DNA of 24,000 nucleotides. It comes from Actinocatenispora sera (GTDB taxonomy: Bacteria; Actinomycetota; Actinomycetes; Mycobacteriales; Micromonosporaceae). Below the pieces are notes generated by a model. It did not search any database. It was not told the DNA's origin and worked only from the letters and a program-made list of their open reading frames with translations. Below, piece after piece: positions 16,665-23,112 of the stretch. The translations under genes were made by a program, and so were the position numbers. The DNA is taken from the NCBI RefSeq assembly GCF_018324685.1, contig NZ_AP023354.1, positions 5,948,426 to 5,972,425 of the forward strand, in the 5' to 3' direction. Within the stretch, counting starts at the first letter, position 1; every line of letters starts with the position of its first letter.

Positions 16665-18067
16665 TAGCCTGCCCGGCCCGCAAAAGCGGGCGCGGCCGGG
16701 CGGCGGGCGCCGAAGCTGCCGAGCAGCGACTCCAGTACCGGCAGCGCGCGGGACACCTGCCCGGCCCGGATCAGCGTGTGCCACAGCGGCGAGAGCTTCT
16801 TCCAGCCACCCGCGTACGCGAGATGCCGCAGCCGGTCGCGGCCACCGGGCTTGGTACCCGCGCCGCGCCAGATCGCCGACCAGCGGTAGAAGTCCCGGTA
16901 CGCCCGCCAGTAGCCGTCGGTCAGTTCGGCCGCGGTCAGTCGCGCCGGCCGGTACACCACGTGCCGGGTGTCGTACCGGTCCCAGTCGGTGTGCAGGATC
17001 CTGCCGTCGGCCTGCATCCTCTGGTACAGCGCGGTTCCCGGGTACGGCGTCATGATGTGGAAGGTCGCCGTCTCGATCCCCTGGCCCACCGCCCAGTCGA
17101 CGGTGCGGGAGAACACGTCCGGGCCGTCGTCGTCCATCCCGAACACGAAGCTCGCGTTGACCATCACCCCGGCCTCGTGCAGCCGCCGCGCCACCGCCGC
17201 GTAGTCGCGGCCGATGTTCTGCCGCTTGCGCTGCGCCGGCAGGTTCGCGTCGTTGACGGTCTCGAACCCGACGAACAGGCTGCGCAGCCCGGCGGCGACC
17301 GCGCGCTCCAGCAGCCCGGGCGCGAGGACCGAGTCGACCGTACCGGCCGCCTGCCAGACCCGGCCCATCCCGCGCATCCCGTCGAACAGTGCCTCGGCGA
17401 ACCGCCGGTTGCCGAACAGGTGGTCGTCCAGGAAGTACAGGTGCCGGCCGGGCAACCGCTCGATCTCGGCCAGCGCGTCGTCCACCGCCTGGGTGTAGAA
17501 CGACTTCCCGCCGGTGAAGAACGCGTCCTTGTAGCAGAAGTCGCAGTGGTGCGGGCAGCCGCGGGACACCACCAGCGAGTTCGGCACGAGGTACCGGTGC
17601 CGGTCGATCAGGTCGCGGCGCACCGGCGGCAAGCGGAGCAGGGTGCGTTCCCGCGAGACGTACCGGGGCTTCGGCCGGTGCGCCCGGAAGTCGGCGAGGA
17701 ACCGCGGCCAGGTGTCCTCACCCGGGCCGAGGAAGATCGTGTCGGCGTGCCGGGCCGCCTCGTCCGGCAGCGACGTGACGTGCAGCCCGCCCATCGCCAC
17801 GTGCACGCCCTTCGCCCGGTACGCCGCCGCGAGCCGGTACGCGCGCCGGGCCGAGGTGATGTACGGCTGGATCACGGCGAGGTCGGGCCGGTCGTCGTCG
17901 AGCCGCAACGGCTGCACGTGCTCGTCCACGATCCGCACCTCGTCGGCGTCCGACAGGTACCCGGCGAGGGTGGCCAGCCCGAGCGGCGGGAACAGCGAGT
18001 ACTTGATCGGGCGCAGCCGCGGGCTCGTCGCCTCGGTCAGCGCCGGCAACACCATCGTGACTCTCAT
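16664..18067 (-). CDS. B12-binding domain-containing radical SAM protein (DUF4070-type C-terminus), 467 aa
   Basis: An N-terminal cobalamin-binding-like domain (VLPALTE...IVDEHV...AMGGLHVT) is followed by the radical SAM cluster motif CPHHCDFC. The start is ATG at 18067; alternatives are ATG at 18055 and GTG at 18121. No clear SD is present. Confidence 0.85.
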   Translation of the reverse strand: MRVTMVLPALTEATSPRLRPIKYSLFPPLGLATLAGYLSDADEVRIVDEHVQPLRLDDDRPDLAVIQPYITSARRAYRLAAAYRAKGVHVAMGGLHVTSLPDEAARHADTIFLGPGEDTWPRFLADFRAHRPKPRYVSRERTLLRLPPVRRDLIDRHRYLVPNSLVVSRGCPHHCDFCYKDAFFTGGKSFYTQAVDDALAEIERLPGRHLYFLDDHLFGNRRFAEALFDGMRGMGRVWQAAGTVDSVLAPGLLERAVAAGLRSLFVGFETVNDANLPAQRKRQNIGRDYAAVARRLHEAGVMVNASFVFGMDDDGPDVFSRTVDWAVGQGIETATFHIMTPYPGTALYQRMQADGRILHTDWDRYDTRHVVYRPARLTAAELTDGYWRAYRDFYRWSAIWRGAGTKPGGRDRLRHLAYAGGWKKLSPLWHTLIRAGQVSRALPVLESLLGSFGARRPAAPAFAGRAG

Positions 18068-18155
18068 GTCCGGCGAAGGTACGCACCGGATGTGGAGATT
18101 CCCGGCAGCCGCCGTGCGCACCGTGCGCCGATACCGTGCGGGTTTCGCCGCCGCT

Positions 18156-18192
18156 GGCCGTCCCGGCCTCCCCCTCGCCGGCCGGGACGGCC
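18156..18192. promoter_or_regulatory. Perfect 13-bp stem-loop (GGCCGTCCCGGCC - 11 nt - GGCCGGGACGGCC) in the region upstream of the radical SAM gene
   Basis: Read directly from the sequence. Two further 8-bp hairpins flank it, at 18195-18216 and 18270-18289. The function is unknown. Confidence 0.4.
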
Positions 18193-18448
18193 GAGCCGCA
18201 CCAGATCCGGTGCGGCCCTACGGCGCCAGCAGCGCCCCGACTCCGACCCGCATCTGCCGCTCCCCCGACGCGTCGCCACTCGGCGACGCATGGTGAGCAC
18301 ACCGTAGCGGCCGGGGTGGCCCGGCCAGCTCAGCCGGTCGGCCGGTCGCGGCCGCCGATCGGCTCGCGTCGCATGTCCTGTCGCCCAGCGGTTCCCGTCC
18401 CGCGGTCAGCCGCGCGCCGAGCGCGGCGGCGGCGGGCCGGCGTCGTCG

Positions 18449-18592
18449 TCAGGAACGGGCGGCGAGGGCACCGGTGCTGTCAGGGACGGGCGGCGGGGTA
18501 ACGGTGCTGTCCGGGCGGCGGCGCGCAGGGCGGCGAGGGTAGCGGTGCTGTCAGGGGCGGGCGGCGGCGCGGAGCGCGGCGAGGGTGGCGCG
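18449..18592. repeat. Tandem array made of the native 3' end of lysR (18551-18592) plus three degenerate downstream copies (31, 30 and 41 nt)
   Basis: Units start at 18449, 18480, 18510 and 18551. All share tc[a/c]gg..cgggcggc...gagggt.gcgg(tgctg). Copies at 18449 and 18480 retain the tca (TGA) stop; the copy at 18510 has tcc. Confidence 0.8.
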
Positions 18593-19435
18593 GATGGCCG
18601 GTTGGCGCGCGGCCGCGGACCGCCAGGCTGCGAAGATCCGCCGCACCGGTGCCGGCCGCACCGCGGCGAACCGGACCCCGGCGGGTACCGGATCGCGGCC
18701 GAGGCGGGGCAGCAGCGCGACGCCGTGACCGGCGGCGACGAATGCCAGCTGGGTGGCGTGCTCGCCGGCGGTGTGCCGTACCTCGGCGTCCGGAACGGTG
18801 CGCCGCAGCCAGTCGTGGCACAGCTGCCCGGCGGGCCAGCCGATCCAGTCGGCGTCGGCCAGCTCGGCCAGGTCCAGCGCCGGCCGCTCGGCGAGCGGAT
18901 GCTGCGCCGGCAGCGCCACGTCGAACACGTCGTCGACCAGCCCGGTGCGGCCCAGCCCGTCCGGGACGGCCAGTGGCGACTCGGGCCAGTCCTGGGCGAT
19001 GGCGAGGTCGAGGTCGCCGGCGGCCACGGCCGGCAACGCCACGTCCGGCTCCTGCTCGGCGGTGTGTACCCGTAGCGCCGGGTACCGGTCGTGCAGCGCG
19101 CGCAGCGCCGCCGGCAGCAGGCCGCGGGCGGCGGTGGCGAACGCGGCGAGCCGCAGCTCGCCGACCACCGCACCGCGGTACCGGGCCAGATCGGTCTCGA
19201 CCGCCTCGGCCTGGGCCAGCAGCGCACCGGCGTGCTCGGAGAGCAGCAGCGCGGCGCCGGTGAGCCGGATGCCGCGACCGTTGCGTTCCACCAGCCGCTG
19301 CCCGATCTCCCGCTCCAGCCGGCCCATCTGCTGGGAGACCGCCGAGGTGGTCACGTGCAGGGTGGCGGCGGCGCCGCGGACCGAACCGGTGGCGGCGACC
19401 GCCCGCAGCATCCGGAGCCGTTCCAGATTGAGCAT
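18551..19435 (-). CDS. LysR-family transcriptional regulator, 294 aa
   Basis: The N-terminal wHTH is LERLRMLRAVAATGSVRGAAATLHVTTSAVSQQMGRLEREIG, followed by a LysR substrate-binding domain. It is divergent from the aldo/keto reductase gene. Confidence 0.92.
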   Translation of the reverse strand: MLNLERLRMLRAVAATGSVRGAAATLHVTTSAVSQQMGRLEREIGQRLVERNGRGIRLTGAALLLSEHAGALLAQAEAVETDLARYRGAVVGELRLAAFATAARGLLPAALRALHDRYPALRVHTAEQEPDVALPAVAAGDLDLAIAQDWPESPLAVPDGLGRTGLVDDVFDVALPAQHPLAERPALDLAELADADWIGWPAGQLCHDWLRRTVPDAEVRHTAGEHATQLAFVAAGHGVALLPRLGRDPVPAGVRFAAVRPAPVRRIFAAWRSAAARQPAIRATLAALRAAARP

Positions 19436-19458
19436 GTAGCGATGCTACGCGGTCAAGC

Positions 19459-19480
19459 TCAGACAGTCTCGCTTGTCTGA
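19459..19480. promoter_or_regulatory. Candidate LysR operator: perfect inverted repeat TCAGACA-N8-TGTCTGA, with a nested ACAGT...ACTGT dyad
   Basis: Read directly in the 89-nt, relatively AT-rich lysR/AKR divergent intergenic region. Its centre is about 55 nt upstream of the AKR ATG. Confidence 0.55.
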
Positions 19481-19524
19481 ACTGTTTCGCTCCCGCACAG
19501 TGAACGACGACGAAGGGATGGCAG

Positions 19525-20343
19525 ATGACCGACACGTTCCTGCTCGGTGGTGACCTGCCGGTGCGCCGGCTCGGCTTCGGCGCGCTGCGGCTGCCCGGCC
19601 GGCCCACCGCGGCCCGCGCGCACTCCGCCGCGGTGGCCCGGCGCGCCGTCGAGCTCGGGGTCACGCTGATCGACACCGCCGACTCGTACGACCTGGGTGA
19701 CAACGAGACGCTGCTCGCCGAGGCGCTGCACCCGTACCCGGAGCGGCTCGTGCTGGCCACCAAGGCCGGCCGGATCAACCTGGGCAGCCACTGGTACGAC
19801 TGCGGCCGGCCGGAGTACCTGCGGCAGCAGGCACGGCTGAGCCTGCGCCGGCTGCGGCTCGACCGGATCGACCTGTTCCAGCTGCACCGGATCGACGCCA
19901 CGGTACCGGCGGACGACCAGTTCGGTGCGCTGCGGCAGCTGCGCGACGAGGGCGTGGTGCGCCACGTCGGGCTGTCCGAGGTGTCGGTGGCGCAGCTCGA
20001 CGCGGCCCGCCGGATCGTGCCGATCGCCGCCGTGCAGAACCGGTACAACCTGAGCGACCGGCGGCACGACGACGTGCTGGCGTACTGCGAGCGGCACGGC
20101 ATCGCGTTCCTGCCCTGGCTGCCGGTGGCCCCGGCGACGATCACCCCGGCGGCGCGCACGATCGCCCAGCGGTACGGCGCGACTGCGGTGCAGGTGGCGC
20201 TGGCCTGGCTCCTGCACCGCTCACCGGTGCTGCTGCCGATCCCCGGCACGGCGAGCCTCGACCACCTGGCCGAGAACCTCGCCGCCGCGCGGCTGCGACT
20301 GTCCACTGAGGACCTCGCCGAGCTGACCGGCGGAGCCGGGTGA
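19525..20343 (+). CDS. Aldo/keto reductase family oxidoreductase, 272 aa
   Basis: LGFGALRL, IDTADSY, LATKAG, RLRLDRIDLFQLHR and IAAVQNRYNL are AKR catalytic and NADP-binding patterns. GAAGGGA lies 6 nt upstream of the ATG. Confidence 0.9.
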   Translation: MTDTFLLGGDLPVRRLGFGALRLPGRPTAARAHSAAVARRAVELGVTLIDTADSYDLGDNETLLAEALHPYPERLVLATKAGRINLGSHWYDCGRPEYLRQQARLSLRRLRLDRIDLFQLHRIDATVPADDQFGALRQLRDEGVVRHVGLSEVSVAQLDAARRIVPIAAVQNRYNLSDRRHDDVLAYCERHGIAFLPWLPVAPATITPAARTIAQRYGATAVQVALAWLLHRSPVLLPIPGTASLDHLAENLAAARLRLSTEDLAELTGGAG

Positions 20344-20443
20344 CACCCGGCGGGGTGGCAGCTGGCCCGAACCGTGATCGCGAACGGCCGGGACCGTTTA
20401 CGGTGATCCCGTCATCTCATATGCGACTTGGGGGGTGTATGGG

Positions 20444-20932
20444 ATGTCCTTCGTGCGCAGGATCGTCGTCGCCGGGGCGTTCGGTGCCGCCGCCGCATCC
20501 CTGGCCCTGTCGTCCGGTGCCGTCGCGGCGCCGGTGGTCGCGGTCGTGGTGCAGGGCAGCACGGTCACCGTCAGTACGTCCGACTGCGCGTCCAGCGGCG
20601 CCATCGCGGCGATCCAGACCGGTACCAACGACGCCACCGAGCAGGACATGGTCGGCAACCCGGAGGCGAGCGGGGTGCTGAGCGCGACGTTCAGCAACGT
20701 GCAGCCGGGTACCTACACCGCCACCGTCAACTGCAAGGACACCACGCAGCCCGATCCGGGTACGAAGCAGTTCACGGTAACGCCGGGCGGTAACCCGGAC
20801 ACCGGTGACGGCGCGACCGCCCGGCTCGGCCGCGGCACCACCGCGCTCGCCGCGGCCGGCCTGGGCGTGCTCGGCGTGACCCTGGCCGGCGGGGTCGTCC
20901 TGCTGGTACGGCGGCGGCCGAACGGGGAGTGA
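20444..20932 (+). CDS. Small secreted surface protein with a C-terminal sortase-type sorting signal (NPDTG motif), 162 aa
   Basis: ATG at 20444 lies 8-9 nt after a GGGGGG run; the track's start at 20435 is a GTG. The signal peptide is MSFVRRIVVAGAFGAAAASLALSSGAVA. The C-terminus reads GNPDTG, a 12-aa linker, ALAAAGLGVLGVTLAGGVVLLV, then RRRPNGE. Confidence 0.75.
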   Translation: MSFVRRIVVAGAFGAAAASLALSSGAVAAPVVAVVVQGSTVTVSTSDCASSGAIAAIQTGTNDATEQDMVGNPEASGVLSATFSNVQPGTYTATVNCKDTTQPDPGTKQFTVTPGGNPDTGDGATARLGRGTTALAAAGLGVLGVTLAGGVVLLVRRRPNGE

Positions 20933-20983
20933 CGCGTCACGGTGCCGGGTCGCGGGCTGCCCGGGCACCGGGACGGAGGGGTG

Positions 20984-22003
20984 ATGCAGCAGCCGGCGAG
21001 CGGCCCCGACGGCCGGGACTCCGAGGCCCCGACCGTCCAGTTCCCGGCGCCCGAGGCCCCGACGCCCGAGGCTCTGGCGCCCGAGGTCCCGACGTCCGAG
21101 CTCCCCGCGCCCGAGGTCGCCGCCCCGGTGTCTGCGACCGCCGAGTGCGGCACGGAACCCGAGCCGACCGGGGAACGCGCGCCGCGCGCGGAACCCGAGC
21201 GAGCGGAACGCGCGCCGCGCGCGGAACCGGAGCGGGTCGTGGAACGCGAGGGGCCGCCGCCGGCCGAATGGGAGCCGCTGGCGCACGGCGGTGCGGCGGG
21301 CTGGCGGACCGTGCTCGGCGTGCTGCTGGTCCTGGGCGGGGTGCTCGGCGCGATGCTGCTGGTCCTCGCGATGATGCGCGCCCCGACGCCGCCGCCGCAA
21401 CCGACCGCGGCGCAGGCGCCACCGAGCAGCGTCGTCGCACCGACCGCCACCGCGCCGCCATCGCCGGCACCGGCGGCCGCCGCGTCGCTCCCGCCGTCGG
21501 CGCCGGTACGCATCGACGTGGACCGGGCGCGGATCCACGCGCCGATCATCGCCACCGGCCTGGACGCGGACGACACCGTCGCGGTGCCGCCGATCGACCA
21601 TCCGTACCTGACCGGCTGGTACGACCGGAGCGTGGCGCCGGGGCAGGAAGGCGCCGCCGTGCTCCTCGGCCACGTCGACTCGCGCCGGACCGGGCCCGCC
21701 GTCTTCTACTACCTCGGTACGCTCACCCGCGGCGACACCATCGAGATCACCCGGGCCGACCACCGCGTGGCGGTGTTCACCGTCGACGGCGTCGCCGGGT
21801 ACCCGAAGACCGAGTTCCCGGCCACCGCGGTGTACGGCCCGACCACCGGGGCGCGCCTGCGGTTGGTGACCTGTGGCGGCGCGTTCGACGAGCGCAGCCA
21901 CAGCTACGAGCGCAACGTGGTGGTCTTCGCGAGCCTGTCCTCGTCCCACCCGGAGACGGCCGCCGAAGCGGCCCGGCCGCTGGTGACCCGGCCACCGAGC
22001 TGA
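20984..22003 (+). CDS. Class F sortase (membrane-anchored, with an acidic/Pro-rich repeat-containing N-terminal region)
   Basis: The catalytic His is in AAVLLGHVD, the Cys in RLRLVTCGG, and an Arg in YERNVVVFA. The TM helix is WRTVLGVLLVLGGVLGAMLLVLAMM. The start is ATG at 20984 with GGAGG 4 nt upstream; GTG at 20942 is an alternative. Confidence 0.85.
   Translation: MQQPASGPDGRDSEAPTVQFPAPEAPTPEALAPEVPTSELPAPEVAAPVSATAECGTEPEPTGERAPRAEPERAERAPRAEPERVVEREGPPPAEWEPLAHGGAAGWRTVLGVLLVLGGVLGAMLLVLAMMRAPTPPPQPTAAQAPPSSVVAPTATAPPSPAPAAAASLPPSAPVRIDVDRARIHAPIIATGLDADDTVAVPPIDHPYLTGWYDRSVAPGQEGAAVLLGHVDSRRTGPAVFYYLGTLTRGDTIEITRADHRVAVFTVDGVAGYPKTEFPATAVYGPTTGARLRLVTCGGAFDERSHSYERNVVVFASLSSSHPETAAEAARPLVTRPPS
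21047..21130 (+). repeat. In-frame 30-nt tandem repeat, about 2.8 copies, encoding APEAPTPEAL/APEVPTSELP/APEVAAP within the sortase N-terminus
   Basis: Units start at 21047, 21077 and 21107 (gcgcccgagg.cccgacg.ccgag). Confidence 0.8.
21173..21238 (+). repeat. In-frame 33-nt tandem repeat, 2 copies, encoding ERAPRAEPERA/ERAPRAEPERV within the sortase N-terminus
   Basis: gaacgcgcgccgcgcgcggaacc[c/g]gagcg occurs at 21173 and 21206. Confidence 0.85.
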
Positions 22004-22172
22004 CGCGCGTTCGCACCGCGATGAGCAGGAACGACAGGCGACGATCGCGCTGGCCCAGCAGCTCCACCGAGGAATCCAGGCAATCAGGTCCGGGACCGGC
22101 CGCGATGTGGCCGGTCTCGCCACGGCCCGCCTCCGTCGCCCGCCGTACGCTCCGACCGGTAAGAATGGCCGC

Positions 22173-22901
22173 ATGGATCTGCTGCTGCTGTCGAACTCCC
22201 GTACCCACGGCTACGGCTACCTCGAGCACGTGCGCGACGAGGTCACCGAATTCCTGGCCGGTGCCACCGAACTGGTCTTCGTGCCGTACGCGCTGCGCGA
22301 CCACGACGCCTACACCGCCACCGTGGCCGACGCGCTGCGCCCGCTCGGGGTGGCGGTCACCGGCGTGCACACCGCCGCCGACCCGGTGGCCGCGGTGACC
22401 GCGGCCGAGGCCGTCTTCGTCGGCGGCGGCAACTCGTTCCGGTTGCTGAAGACGTTGCAGGACACCGGGGTACGGGACCCGATCGCCGGCCGGGTGCGGT
22501 CCGGCGCGCTGCGCTACATGGGCGCCTCGGCGGGTACGAACATGGCCTGCCCGACGCTGCGCACCACCAACGACATGCCGATCACCGAGCCCGACTCGTT
22601 CACCGCGCTCGGGCTGGTGCCGTTCCAGATCAACCCGCACTACGTCGACCCGGACCCGTCGTCGACCCACATGGGCGAGACGCGGGAGCAGCGGATCACC
22701 GAGTTCCTGGAACAGAACGACGTGCCGGTGCTCGGCATCCGCGAGGGCGGACTGCTGCGGGTGCGCGACGGATCGGCCCGGCTCGGCGGCGTGAAGGGTG
22801 CCCGGCTGTTCGCCCGCGGCGCGCAACCGCGGGAGTTCGCGCCGGGTGACGACCTCTCGTTCCTGCTGTCCGGCACGCCGCGGTTCGACGTGCCCGCCTG
22901 A
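22173..22901 (+). CDS. pepE: Dipeptidase E (peptidase S51, alpha-aspartyl dipeptidase), 242 aa
   Basis: Internal ATG at 22173 giving MDLLLLSNSR.... FVGGGNSFRLL, YMGASAGTN (the nucleophile Ser region) and NPHY are S51 hallmarks. Confidence 0.87.
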   Translation: MDLLLLSNSRTHGYGYLEHVRDEVTEFLAGATELVFVPYALRDHDAYTATVADALRPLGVAVTGVHTAADPVAAVTAAEAVFVGGGNSFRLLKTLQDTGVRDPIAGRVRSGALRYMGASAGTNMACPTLRTTNDMPITEPDSFTALGLVPFQINPHYVDPDPSSTHMGETREQRITEFLEQNDVPVLGIREGGLLRVRDGSARLGGVKGARLFARGAQPREFAPGDDLSFLLSGTPRFDVPA

Positions 22902-22918
22902 CGACCGCTACCGGCCCG

Positions 22919-23030
22919 TCGATCCGGCGCTGCGGTGCCGTGCCGCCGATCCGGCGGGCCGGCGCGACGTGGCACCGATCCCGCTGGCCGGCGCGACGGG
23001 CGCCGATCCGGCCGGCGGGTGCGGCGCGGC
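22919..23030. repeat. Degenerate tandem repeat of about 28 nt, about 4 copies (core ccgatccggc..ggccggcgcgacg)
   Basis: The cgatcc cores start at 22920, 22947, 22976 and 23004. The array lies in the convergent intergenic region between pepE and the next gene. Confidence 0.6.
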
Positions 23031-23043
23031 CGGAGGCGTGGTG

Positions 23044-23078
23044 CCGGCCCGCCGCCCCATGGCGAAACGGCGGGCCGG
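23044..23078. terminator. Stem-loop with an 11-bp perfect stem (CCGGCCCGCCG - 13 nt - CGGCGGGCCGG), a candidate terminator between convergent genes
   Basis: Read directly from the sequence. There is no U-tract, which is common for GC-rich actinobacterial terminators. Confidence 0.45.
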
Positions 23079-23087
23079 GGTCGAGGT

Positions 23088-23110
23088 GGTCGGTCCGTCC
23101 GGGACCGACC
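23088..23110. terminator. Stem-loop with a 9-bp perfect stem (GGTCGGTCC - GTCCG - GGACCGACC), 2 nt from the stop of the minus-strand gene
   Basis: Read directly from the sequence. It lies immediately downstream of the stop at 23113-23115 on the minus strand. Confidence 0.5.
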
Positions 23111-23112
23111 GG

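Noticed and set aside
18064-18300. The 78-aa minus-strand ORF (MLTMRRRVATRRGSGRCGSESGRCW...) as a possible RiPP precursor or leader peptide for the radical SAM enzyme
   Set aside because: It is extremely Arg-rich, its GC3 (roughly 75% by hand count) is clearly lower than in neighbouring genes, and it has no SD. Its sequence largely reflects the hairpin arms. The ATGA overlap with the rSAM start is noted in the findings, but the ORF is not called as a gene.
18068-18448. A cobalamin (or SAM) riboswitch upstream of the B12-radical SAM gene
   Set aside because: I read the minus-strand leader by eye and found no B12-box-like GCCAGGAGACC or CCCGCCACTG core, and no pattern matching the SAM riboswitch cores I remember. 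Only generic GC hairpins are present. An Rfam scan would be needed to be sure.
12151-18592. Whether the tandem repeats at 12151-12323, 16545-16664 and 18449-18592 could be CRISPR arrays
   Set aside because: The units are contiguous with no unique spacers, are degenerate, and number only 2-4 copies. Two of the three are copies of adjacent coding 3' ends. No cas genes are present.
20344-20443. Direct repeats ac[c/g]gtgatc (about 20370 and 20399) upstream of the sortase substrate gene as a regulator binding site
   Set aside because: There are only two short 9-nt imperfect copies, with no dyad symmetry and no adjacent regulator gene. This is too weak to call.
22158-22172. TAAGAAT just upstream of the pepE ATG as a -10 box for a leaderless transcript
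   Set aside because: The heptamer does not fit TANNNT in either register, so the call would be speculative.
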